IMG/VR virus record: IMGVR_UViG_3300035310_000070
Reading direction: 5' to 3' (one strand)
Source: a virus
Length of the DNA stretch: 64,000 nucleotides
Position numbers and translations under genes: made by a program
Notes under the pieces: generated by a model
The model's input: only the letters and a program-made list of their open reading frames with translations
What the model was told of the DNA's origin: nothing
Database searches by the model: none
Part shown: positions 57,302 to 64,000 of the stretch, in pieces
How positions within the stretch are numbered: the first letter of the stretch is position 1
Layout of the letters: each line of letters starts with the position of its first letter

Positions 57302-57467
57302 ATACCTCGCCTGGCCCGGCCTCGCCCGGCCTCGCCTGGCCCGGCCTCGCCTGGCCTCGCCGCGCCAGGCCCGGCCCGGTCGCACCGAAGAGGATTACAA
57401 CCTCGCCTCGCCAAGCCACGCCCCGCCTGGCCTCGCCGCGCCTCGCCTCGCCTCGCCTCGCCAGGCC
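57302..57467 (-). ncRNA. GGY-NN pentamer array B (tracts of 14 and 15 units), candidate guide RNA
   Basis: Begins right after the RAMP-like stop codon; shares a 34-nt linker with array A. Confidence 0.8.
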
Positions 57468-57477
57468 TTGTCACACT

Positions 57478-58053
57478 TCAGGACTCGATTACCCGCATAG
57501 AGCCCACATCAAAGGTCCCGTACCAGCCCTTTTTCTGCGGCCGGTAGTCCAAAATCCCAATTGATTGCCCGGATACGCTCAAGGCGTCTATCAGAACCGA
57601 TTGAATCCCCTCGGCGTCCAGGATGGTCGTATTCAGGTTGAAGTTGAACACCACAACCCAAGGGGGGTCGATTCGTGCCCTTGACCGCATGATGCCTTGA
57701 CGTTGCACCACCGCCCGCTGGGTATCCACGACCCAATCGCGTATCGGCTCGCCGGCCGGTGTGGTCAGCGGAAACAGCAGGTCCGACGGCAAGAGGGAAC
57801 CGGCAATGATGGGGGATGCGGCACGACGGTTGATGCGAAGCCCGGTACACCCAGCCAATATATTGTTCCGAACCGCCACGGCGGGGACGCATAGGTCGCC
57901 ATTGGGGAGGCGGTAGGTGCTGGCTTTTGCTTCGTCTTCCGGGGAGGGGATGGCCTTTCTGCCAATCGAGCGTGTAGATGGGAACATTGAGCCACTGGGG
58001 TTGTGCATCAAGAGGGGGGTCTTGCCAATGAGGGTGCCTTGAAGAATCGCCAT
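57478..58053 (-). CDS. Stand-alone RAMP/Cas7-like protein (Vipr-like), 191 aa
   Basis: TLIGKTPLLMH, YRLPNGDLCVPAVAVR, Gly-rich end GQSIGILDYRPQKKGWYGTF; GGAG RBS. Confidence 0.75.
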   Translation of the reverse strand: MAILQGTLIGKTPLLMHNPSGSMFPSTRSIGRKAIPSPEDEAKASTYRLPNGDLCVPAVAVRNNILAGCTGLRINRRAASPIIAGSLLPSDLLFPLTTPAGEPIRDWVVDTQRAVVQRQGIMRSRARIDPPWVVVFNFNLNTTILDAEGIQSVLIDALSVSGQSIGILDYRPQKKGWYGTFDVGSMRVIES

Positions 58054-58174
58054 GATTATTCTCCCTGGACCGCTACTCAAATTCACGGCCGCTTCAAATA
58101 AGTTGGTCTAGTTTCAAATCCCAGAATTGATAACGCCCGTTTTACTTCATCGGCGCCCTCCTAAAATGGAGTCC

Positions 58175-58317
58175 CTGCCTCGCCATGCCGAGCCAAGCCG
58201 CGCCTAGCCCCGCCCCGCCATGCCCTGCCAGGTATTTCGGATAAGGTCATCCTTGCCCTGCCCGGCCTCGCCTTGCCACGCCTTGCCAAGCCCCGCCTTG
58301 CCAAGCCCCGCCAAGCC
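58175..58317 (-). ncRNA. GGC-NN pentamer array C (tracts of 13 and 11 units), candidate guide RNA
   Basis: 24 perfect GGC-NN units split by a 23-nt linker. Confidence 0.8.
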
Positions 58318-58347
58318 ATCCCGTGCTTCGCACAAATTGAAATTATG

Positions 58348-58545
58348 TCAACTAGAGACCGTCTTAAAGCGCTTGCCGCAAGTACAAACCCATTTATAAA
58401 AATCGTTATGCGACGTACTTCGGTCTGGGTGGGCAAATTGGTTACACTGAGGACATCGGTGGTGTTTACTCTCGAAGCGTCTTTTACTACGGCTCCCACA
58501 CAGATTAAAAGCGTGGTACATCTGTACGGGACGATGTGTGGTCAC
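58348..58545 (-). CDS. Small Zn-ribbon protein
   Basis: CPQC...CTCG. Confidence 0.6.
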   Translation of the reverse strand: MTTHRPVQMYHAFNLCGSRSKRRFESKHHRCPQCNQFAHPDRSTSHNDFYKWVCTCGKRFKTVSS

Positions 58546-58551
58546 TGAGCC

Positions 58552-58965
58552 TCAGTTTTCCACCGGCGGGGCTAGCCGCTTGCCCAGAAGCAAAAAGCCC
58601 CAGCCGGGCGCCCAGTCAGCAAACTCCACTCCCAGGTACTCGAAGGTGAGTAGCTCGCCGGTGGCTTTGTTCAGGAAGGAGACGGCTTTCTCGTCGGGGA
58701 CCCACTTCTGTCCTCGAAGCTCCAGCTGCTTTTCGATACCTGACAGACCCAAGGTCAGAGCTTCTCGGAGGGTCAGCCTGGGTTCTTCCGAACCGTCACT
58801 CGCCTTATCGCGATGCCCCCAACTCAGCCGGTATATCCGCTCGTCCGCCAGGTCCCACCGCCGCATGTCGAACGGTTTCACCGACCGGCCGTCGGGGTTG
58901 ACCGGGACCATCATGTCCCAAAGGCTGGCCTCGCATTTGAAAACGATCGGGTCTTTGTCAACCAT
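58552..58965 (-). CDS. DUF3850/ASCH-like protein
   Basis: AAGGAGG RBS; FK...KPFDMR..D...GW.FL.LG. Confidence 0.55.
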   Translation of the reverse strand: MVDKDPIVFKCEASLWDMMVPVNPDGRSVKPFDMRRWDLADERIYRLSWGHRDKASDGSEEPRLTLREALTLGLSGIEKQLELRGQKWVPDEKAVSFLNKATGELLTFEYLGVEFADWAPGWGFLLLGKRLAPPVEN

Positions 58966-59055
58966 GGTGCGCCTCCTTGTCCGTCTGTTGCGCCCCAGAT
59001 AACGCTTTGTCGATTGCGGCCCGCAGCTCATTCAAAACTTCCTCCTCATTCACGT

Positions 59056-59247
59056 CTACCCCTCCCTTTGAGCAAGCTGCTCACCGGCCTCGGCCTGCTC
59101 GTAGAATTCCGTCTTGCAGGATCGGGACTCCACCGAGCCCAGGGCCTGTTCTAGGCTCCGGGTGAGGTCCATGCACCCGGCGCCCACGACGCCAATAGCC
59201 TCCACCGTGATGGTGCCGTCTTTGGAAATCACGACCTCTATCTCCAT
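59056..59247 (-). CDS. DUF2997 protein
   Basis: I..DG.I.VE..G..G..C...T..LE..LG...K.EFY. Confidence 0.9.
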   Translation of the reverse strand: MEIEVVISKDGTITVEAIGVVGAGCMDLTRSLEQALGSVESRSCKTEFYEQAEAGEQLAQREG

Positions 59248-59471
59248 TATTTGCCCTCCGTCTTCAACACTGCCCCGAGTTTCTCAACTACGTCTTTCGT
59301 ACAATCATCACAAAGCGCGAAGCTCTTGGGGCGGCCTTTCTGCCAGCTCCCTGGGCGGTAAATGTCGCCATGGGAATAGCAAAAGTCTTTGTGGCAGAGG
59401 CAGCATGGCTCGTTTGAAACCTCCCTTTCACAAGAGTCACAGATACGCCTTTCGACCTGTTTAACCGCCAT
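59247..59471 (-). CDS. Small Zn-finger protein
   Basis: CDSC...CCLC...C..H...CDDC. Confidence 0.7.
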   Translation of the reverse strand: MAVKQVERRICDSCEREVSNEPCCLCHKDFCYSHGDIYRPGSWQKGRPKSFALCDDCTKDVVEKLGAVLKTEGK

Positions 59472-59655
59472 TTTGTCCTCCCCTCAGAGCTTGCAGTTTG
59501 TCAACCATGGCCCTCGCCCATTCCCATTCACCCTTGAAGTACCCACCGGAGAGACTGTCCTCAAGAGCACACACTAGGCCCCAAAGGTCGGTGTCTTCTA
59601 GGATGATGCCGCGGCCACCTTCAAGCCCGGCGAGCATGTATTTTTTAGTGGTCAT
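59461..59655 (-). CDS. Hypothetical protein
   Basis: Coupled ORF. Confidence 0.55.
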   Translation of the reverse strand: MTTKKYMLAGLEGGRGIILEDTDLWGLVCALEDSLSGGYFKGEWEWARAMVDKLQALRGGQNGG

Positions 59656-60283
59656 GGGTCTTCTCCCCTTTATAGTCTGGGTCCGCTGCGCGAACCGCGT
59701 TCAGTAAGGCGTTATTCGACTCCCTCTCCTGGGCGACCATCCGGCGTATGTCGGAGATACTGTCGGCCGTGACGGGCAAGAGTACGCCGTGGCCTAAAAA
59801 GCTCTTGTTATACCCTTCAAGCTCCCCAGTTTTCGGCGCGTCAGTGAAAGGTCGATTCCCAGAATCCATTGCTGGTCTCCAATCCAGTAACTCCTCAATG
59901 TCTCCATCTTGGAGATGCTGAGGTAGGGGCACCTCTCGCCAATACGTCTTCCCGTCGGGGCCTTCTGCCTTCACAACCCCAGAGACTTTTACGTTAGACG
60001 AGCCCGAAGCCGCGTGTCTGATAATTTGACTTCCGTTCGTGTATACAAGGTAAAAATGAGGAACCCATTTGAGGCTGGCGCGCGCAGTTACCGTGCTGGC
60101 AACTTTATTTCGGAGTGAATTGATGTCCGAGGCATGCAACTTGATGTCCAGGCTTTCCAACTGGGCCTCGAAGGTGGCTTGGTCCTCCGTCTGGACTATC
60201 CAGACGGGCACTTTGATGTCGGCTCCGTCCACTTGGAATATGAACTCTGTGACCTTTCTCCTGCCACGTGTGGGCATGGTCAT
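59645..60283 (-). CDS. Hypothetical protein
   Basis: 212-aa coupled ORF. Confidence 0.7.
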   Translation of the reverse strand: MTMPTRGRRKVTEFIFQVDGADIKVPVWIVQTEDQATFEAQLESLDIKLHASDINSLRNKVASTVTARASLKWVPHFYLVYTNGSQIIRHAASGSSNVKVSGVVKAEGPDGKTYWREVPLPQHLQDGDIEELLDWRPAMDSGNRPFTDAPKTGELEGYNKSFLGHGVLLPVTADSISDIRRMVAQERESNNALLNAVRAADPDYKGEKTHDH

Positions 60284-60795
60284 GCCTCCACTGAAATATG
60301 GATTTTCGTGGCTCCGTCTTCCAACTGTTCCTCCCAGCTGCTGTACCCTTGCCGCTGGGCCTCCAGGATGGCCGCTGAAACCCCATATCCCTGACGTAGC
60401 CTATTAAGGTCACGCCCCAACACCTGCTCTAACCCACCCGCAGCCCAAGAGTCGTACAGTAACTTATAGCTGCCGTCGCCCCACCGTTGCACCCCGATTT
60501 CGTAGTCGGCGCCCGGCGCCTTGATTGCATGCGTGCATTTCCCGAGGTCGTCCACCCCGAAGCCCTGGGGTAGCGGGGTGGAGCCCACGTAATGGCCATA
60601 CCATTCGTAGCGCCTCTGGCCCTCCATGAACTGCAAGCCCAGGCGCTGGCAGGCCAACTTCAGGGCCTCCAGGTTCTTGACCTCAAGTTTGAGCGAGGTC
60701 ACATGGCACTGGCCAGAGCAAATATTCTTGAGAAGCAGAGCTGTTTTAGGCTCTACATCGATTCTAAGCAGGGCGAAATCACACATGTTGTTCAT
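60280..60795 (-). CDS. DUF1257 (Ycf35-like) protein
   Basis: HVTSLKLEVKNLEALKLAC..LG; YEIG; D.W; L.Q.Y. Confidence 0.88.
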   Translation of the reverse strand: MNNMCDFALLRIDVEPKTALLLKNICSGQCHVTSLKLEVKNLEALKLACQRLGLQFMEGQRRYEWYGHYVGSTPLPQGFGVDDLGKCTHAIKAPGADYEIGVQRWGDGSYKLLYDSWAAGGLEQVLGRDLNRLRQGYGVSAAILEAQRQGYSSWEEQLEDGATKIHISVEA

Positions 60796-61747
60796 TCTCC
60801 TTCAGTAAATTGCGGAATCGTTCCACTTTCCGCTCTAGGCAAATAGTGCTCTGCGAATAGAAAGCTCTATAAAGAAGATGCACTTCTGCCTTATGAAACC
60901 GTAAGGAAAAGGTACCCGGGCTGTTGCTTTTCTCATATAGCTGTTTGGGGTATCTCGTCCCTATCAACGAATGAAGCCTCTGTGCCACCTCCTGCAGTAA
61001 GTTGTGTTGACCAGTGAACGATGCTTCATATTGCGCCGCTAAAGTTTTACCCCGGACTGCCTTTCGGGTGCTCTTCTTCCTGTAAATACTCCCGTCGGCG
61101 TCAAAGAACCCTCGCGCAAAGTGTAGAAACACAGAGTCAGGAATAGAGGCTGTGCTCTTTACCCTGAACCCGATCGCTAAGAGACGACCTCGGAGGCGGC
61201 GGCTGCTGACAACCAAGCTCACAACACGCCGCAGCCGATAATTGTCATGGATCTCCCACTCCCTGAGGCGTCCTTCGTAGGCAAGCAGCCGCGCGATGGC
61301 CTCTAACCAAGTTCTGTCTTGCACCTTGAGGTGTATCTCCAGCCTATTCAGCTTCTTGCCTTTTGTTTCTGGTAGGCATCCATCGCCATACATCACACCA
61401 ACAAAATAAGCGGAGGCTTCAGTCCAGTCGTCCAGAACGTAGTCATTAACATGAAAGCGTCGGTTCTTGGAGTAATCGATGTAATCTCCCGGTGGTGTTT
61501 GGACCAGCCAGTAACACTTTGAACAGAGGCCGCGGCCCTCATATTTGCCAGTTCGACTGCCGCAGCGTGAGCACTTATCCCAATGTCGGCTCCATTGTCT
61601 TGGGCAGACCGCGCAATAGGCCCACGTATGTCTTAAATGCGCGGCTTTTTGAGCCGAAATGAAGAAGTGGCCACAGCTCAACGAGATGTTAAAACCCTTT
61701 GGCTGCAGCGGAGTAATTGCTAGGATTTGGCGGGCCGCTCTAATCAC
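60779..61747 (-). CDS. LAGLIDADG homing endonuclease with N-terminal Zn fingers
   Basis: YFVGVMYGDG and FARGFFDADGS. Confidence 0.9.
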   Translation of the reverse strand: MIRAARQILAITPLQPKGFNISLSCGHFFISAQKAAHLRHTWAYCAVCPRQWSRHWDKCSRCGSRTGKYEGRGLCSKCYWLVQTPPGDYIDYSKNRRFHVNDYVLDDWTEASAYFVGVMYGDGCLPETKGKKLNRLEIHLKVQDRTWLEAIARLLAYEGRLREWEIHDNYRLRRVVSLVVSSRRLRGRLLAIGFRVKSTASIPDSVFLHFARGFFDADGSIYRKKSTRKAVRGKTLAAQYEASFTGQHNLLQEVAQRLHSLIGTRYPKQLYEKSNSPGTFSLRFHKAEVHLLYRAFYSQSTICLERKVERFRNLLKENEQHV

Positions 61748-63203
61748 GGGCTTTCTCTACCCTCCCTAAAGTTAGCTTTCTGCCGGATACCGGCTGCTCC
61801 TCGGCCAGCGACGCCGGTATGGCCCTTCCCGAGGCCCAATCGCGCAGGGCCTGGATCTGTTCTTTCATCGAGCGAGCCAGTGGCACCACATACTCGGCCG
61901 CTTCGGGCAGAAGACTGCCCATCATCGCGGACGTTTCACAGCACTTCCTGATGTCGGCGCCGGTCCATTCCTGGTCGCTGGGCATCTCGACCTTTGCCAG
62001 GTCCTCAGGGGACAACCCCAGGAGCCGTTTGGCCCAAATGGCCCAGATCGCCGCTTTCTCTTCAGACGTGGGCAAGTCCAAGAAGAAAACCGCGTTCCAT
62101 CTCTGAGAGCCGACATACTCAGGAGGGAGCTTGCTGATGTCATTGGTCGTGGCAATTACATAAGCTCGCCCAGGCTTCCGGTCGCTCAACCACTTTAGGA
62201 AGGTGCCCGCCACACCCGCCTTCACGCCAGAATCCAGTTGCCCGGAAGAACCGGCGCCGGCTAGCCCCTTCTCCAACTCATCGAGAAACAAAACACATCT
62301 GCCCATCGCATCGACGGCCTTGAGTGCCTCTCGTATGGTTGCCTCGGAGCTTCCCACGAGGCTGGACATCATTCGCCCGAAGTCCAGGCTCAGAGTAGGG
62401 ATACCAAGCTCGTTTCCCAAGGCGCGGGCGAAGGAGCTCTTGCCCGTCCCGCTGACACCCAGGAGCAGAATACCTAAGCTTAGGGGTGACCTGGCGGTGC
62501 GCAGCGTGTATTCTTTCAGGCGGGCCAACCCGCCGAGGTCGGCGAACCGCTCTGGGTAGAGCTCCAGGGTAATCTTGGACTGGCGGAGGAGGGCCCCCGC
62601 CTTTTCCTTGGCGACCACGGCCGCATCGAACCCACCGGTCTCCACCAGAGCCAGGGCGAAGGCGTCTTCCGCCTCCATGTCAGTGAGGCCGAGAGCCGCG
62701 TCAACCAGGCCGTTGGACTCCGCGGGGGGGACCAGGTTATAGGGCTCACCGATCTTGGATGCGACCTGGCGCAAGTCCTCGCTGGTGGGCAAGGAGAATT
62801 CCAATGTAGTAAACACCCGGGCCAGCTCCTCCGGGAGCTTCTCAGCAGAGGGGGCAAGGACAACGATGCAGTTGCCTTTTTCTTTGAGCGTGGGGACTAG
62901 GTTCTGAATGGTCTGCACGACCTCCAGGCTGCCCAGGAGCCGGTGAAAGTTGTGCAGGAAGGCCACTGTGCCCTCAGGGGCTTTGGCCGCCTGCTTCAGA
63001 GCTTCTACTGGAGACGGGCAGGCGGTGATGGTGCCGGTAGCCAAGTTGACGGAACCCTGGGCAAGGTCCCACCTAATGGGGACCGCGTTGGGAGAAACCT
63101 CCAGCGCAATCATGCCTAAGGTCTGCTGTGCCCGTGCCGGTTCCAATGTATTTATCCATAGGCAGCTATAGCCAGCTCGTAGATACTCCTTGAAAGTTGC
63201 CAT
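61740..63203 (-). CDS. Ycf46-like AAA+ ATPase
   Basis: LGGLARLK, GVSGTGKS, VLFLDELEK, ATTND, GADI. Confidence 0.92.
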   Translation of the reverse strand: MATFKEYLRAGYSCLWINTLEPARAQQTLGMIALEVSPNAVPIRWDLAQGSVNLATGTITACPSPVEALKQAAKAPEGTVAFLHNFHRLLGSLEVVQTIQNLVPTLKEKGNCIVVLAPSAEKLPEELARVFTTLEFSLPTSEDLRQVASKIGEPYNLVPPAESNGLVDAALGLTDMEAEDAFALALVETGGFDAAVVAKEKAGALLRQSKITLELYPERFADLGGLARLKEYTLRTARSPLSLGILLLGVSGTGKSSFARALGNELGIPTLSLDFGRMMSSLVGSSEATIREALKAVDAMGRCVLFLDELEKGLAGAGSSGQLDSGVKAGVAGTFLKWLSDRKPGRAYVIATTNDISKLPPEYVGSQRWNAVFFLDLPTSEEKAAIWAIWAKRLLGLSPEDLAKVEMPSDQEWTGADIRKCCETSAMMGSLLPEAAEYVVPLARSMKEQIQALRDWASGRAIPASLAEEQPVSGRKLTLGRVEKARD

Positions 63204-63215
63204 ACCTTCCCTCTC

Positions 63216-63383
63216 TCAGCGGTCTCCATGCTCTGCTAGTGGCTTAGGTGCTCTATCACACGCCTGCACATGCTGCAATAGTTCCTGAATGACCCCACCC
63301 AACGATTGCCCGGGGTGTTTTAAGGCGTCCAATTGCATCTTGACTTCACTTGATACTTTTATTCCCACCAAGACTTTTGACAC
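63216..63383 (-). CDS. Small RHH-like regulator
   Basis: GGAGG RBS; GIKVS.EVK..LD.LK.PGQS...VI..LL. Confidence 0.7.
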   Translation of the reverse strand: MSKVLVGIKVSSEVKMQLDALKHPGQSLGGVIQELLQHVQACDRAPKPLAEHGDR

Positions 63384-63419
63384 TTGACTACCCCTCCCGA
63401 TACTGTATACTACTATTAT
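63384..63419. promoter_or_regulatory. Overlapping divergent promoters
   Basis: Plus strand TTGACT-16 bp-TATACT; minus strand TATAAT at 63419-63414. Confidence 0.6.
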
Positions 63420-63436
63420 ACACCAAAGAGGAATAG

Positions 63437-63670
63437 ATGAACCGCCGAGAGAAGGCAGTCTACCAAGAGTATCTAGACCAAGGGTATGGGGTCCTTCGTA
63501 ATGGCGCACCCGACTTTGTGATCCTGAAAACCGAAGGAGGTGAGATTCAAGAGGTTATCGCCGGGGTAGAGGTGAAAAGTCCTGGTGGTAGAATGTCGCA
63601 CGAGCAGCTGGTCTGGAAGAAGATTTTTGAGAAGGCGGGCATTCCCTTCCTCGTGCGCGTCGTACCATGA
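63437..63670 (+). CDS. VRR-NUC-like PD-(D/E)xK nuclease
   Basis: GAPDF...VEVKS...S.EQ..W. Confidence 0.8.
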   Translation: MNRREKAVYQEYLDQGYGVLRNGAPDFVILKTEGGEIQEVIAGVEVKSPGGRMSHEQLVWKKIFEKAGIPFLVRVVP

Positions 63671-63672
63671 GG

Positions 63673-63772
63673 CCTTACCACCCCAGTCCAGCCCAAGCCG
63701 TTCCAATCCAAGCCACCCTTTGCCACTCCAATCCATCCGACACCATGCCAAGCCAGGCCAACCCCAACCATT
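63673..63772 (+). repeat. CCA-NN pentamer array D (20 units)
   Basis: 15 of 20 units begin exactly with CCA; the dinucleotides vary. Confidence 0.85.
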
Positions 63773-63787
63773 TTCATAGGAGACCTC

Positions 63788-64000
63788 ATGCACAAAACAT
63801 ACCGCTTACATCTAAGGGATGTTTTCGGAGGTGACGGGGAAGTCCGCCACATCACCCTCGAAGAGCCACGGGTCACTCGTACCCGGTCCACCACCACCAA
63901 ACGCCTGGATACCAAGGTTGCAACTGAGAGTGGTTATGAGGAGCTCCAACTCGAGAAGTCCCTAAAAGAGGTGGCTACTTTCCGTAAGGACGCTGAGGGT
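63788..64000 (+). CDS. Truncated hypothetical protein, possibly a second RAMP-like protein
   Basis: AGGAG RBS; open to the window end: MHKTYRLHL...ATFRKDAEG. Confidence 0.6.
   Translation, partial: MHKTYRLHLRDVFGGDGEVRHITLEEPRVTRTRSTTTKRLDTKVATESGYEELQLEKSLKEVATFRKDAEG

Larger units (their letters stand above)
1..64000. mobile_element. Large temperate virus or virus-like element (ends not visible)
   Basis: Integrase, D5 primase-helicase, Bet-like recombinase, S74 spike, many HNH genes and dense operons; no host housekeeping genes seen. Confidence 0.85.

Noticed and set aside
56421-58317. CRISPR array
   Set aside because: No 23-47-bp repeats with unique spacers and no cas1/cas2; the variation lies inside 5-nt units
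56421-58317. Simple microsatellite or slippage repeat
   Set aside because: The constant triplet is invariant while the dinucleotide varies widely, with conserved linkers
56366-58548. Arg/Gly/Ala/Pro-rich ORFs overlapping the pentamer arrays (e.g. MAWCGEARRG..., MPRLAKPRLAK...)
   Set aside because: Translation artefacts of stop-free 5-nt repeats; no RBS and open in several frames
1-64000. Genome-wide TGA recoding
   Set aside because: Many genes end in TGA with ATGA/GTGA coupling to the next gene
1-64000. Terminase, portal, HK97 capsid, tape measure, reverse transcriptase (DGR/retron), rRNA
   Set aside because: No diagnostic motifs found in any ORF

Overview
The whole window looks like one large, GC-rich temperate virus or virus-like element. 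The host is probably bacterial; a peptidoglycan-poor host such as Dehalococcoidia is an inference only. Layout: a wHTH-like protein and tyrosine recombinase (0.5-2.9 kb); a short leftward block; and a long rightward late operon (7.2-40.7 kb). That operon carries a lipid/meroterpenoid-like cluster (prenol kinase, UbiA, type III PKS, ACP, acyl reductase, SCP2-like), beta-rich candidate capsid proteins without any terminase or portal, a C-methyl-deoxysugar/glycosyltransferase cluster with two inteins, an S74-chaperoned spike and two proteases. Next come a primase/D5 replication module, a 3.9-kb IS903-like composite transposon carrying a restriction-modification pair, and a leftward early operon. 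The most striking signal is at 56.4-58.3 kb: a stand-alone 191-aa RAMP/Cas7-like gene and a ParB-like gene, interleaved with three intergenic arrays holding six tracts (83 units) of perfect GGY-NN pentamers with a conserved linker. This looks like a non-CRISPR RNA-guided system with a gapped dinucleotide code (VIPR-like). A fourth array with a different constant triplet (CCA-NN) lies at 63.7 kb, before a truncated gene that may be a second RAMP-like protein.
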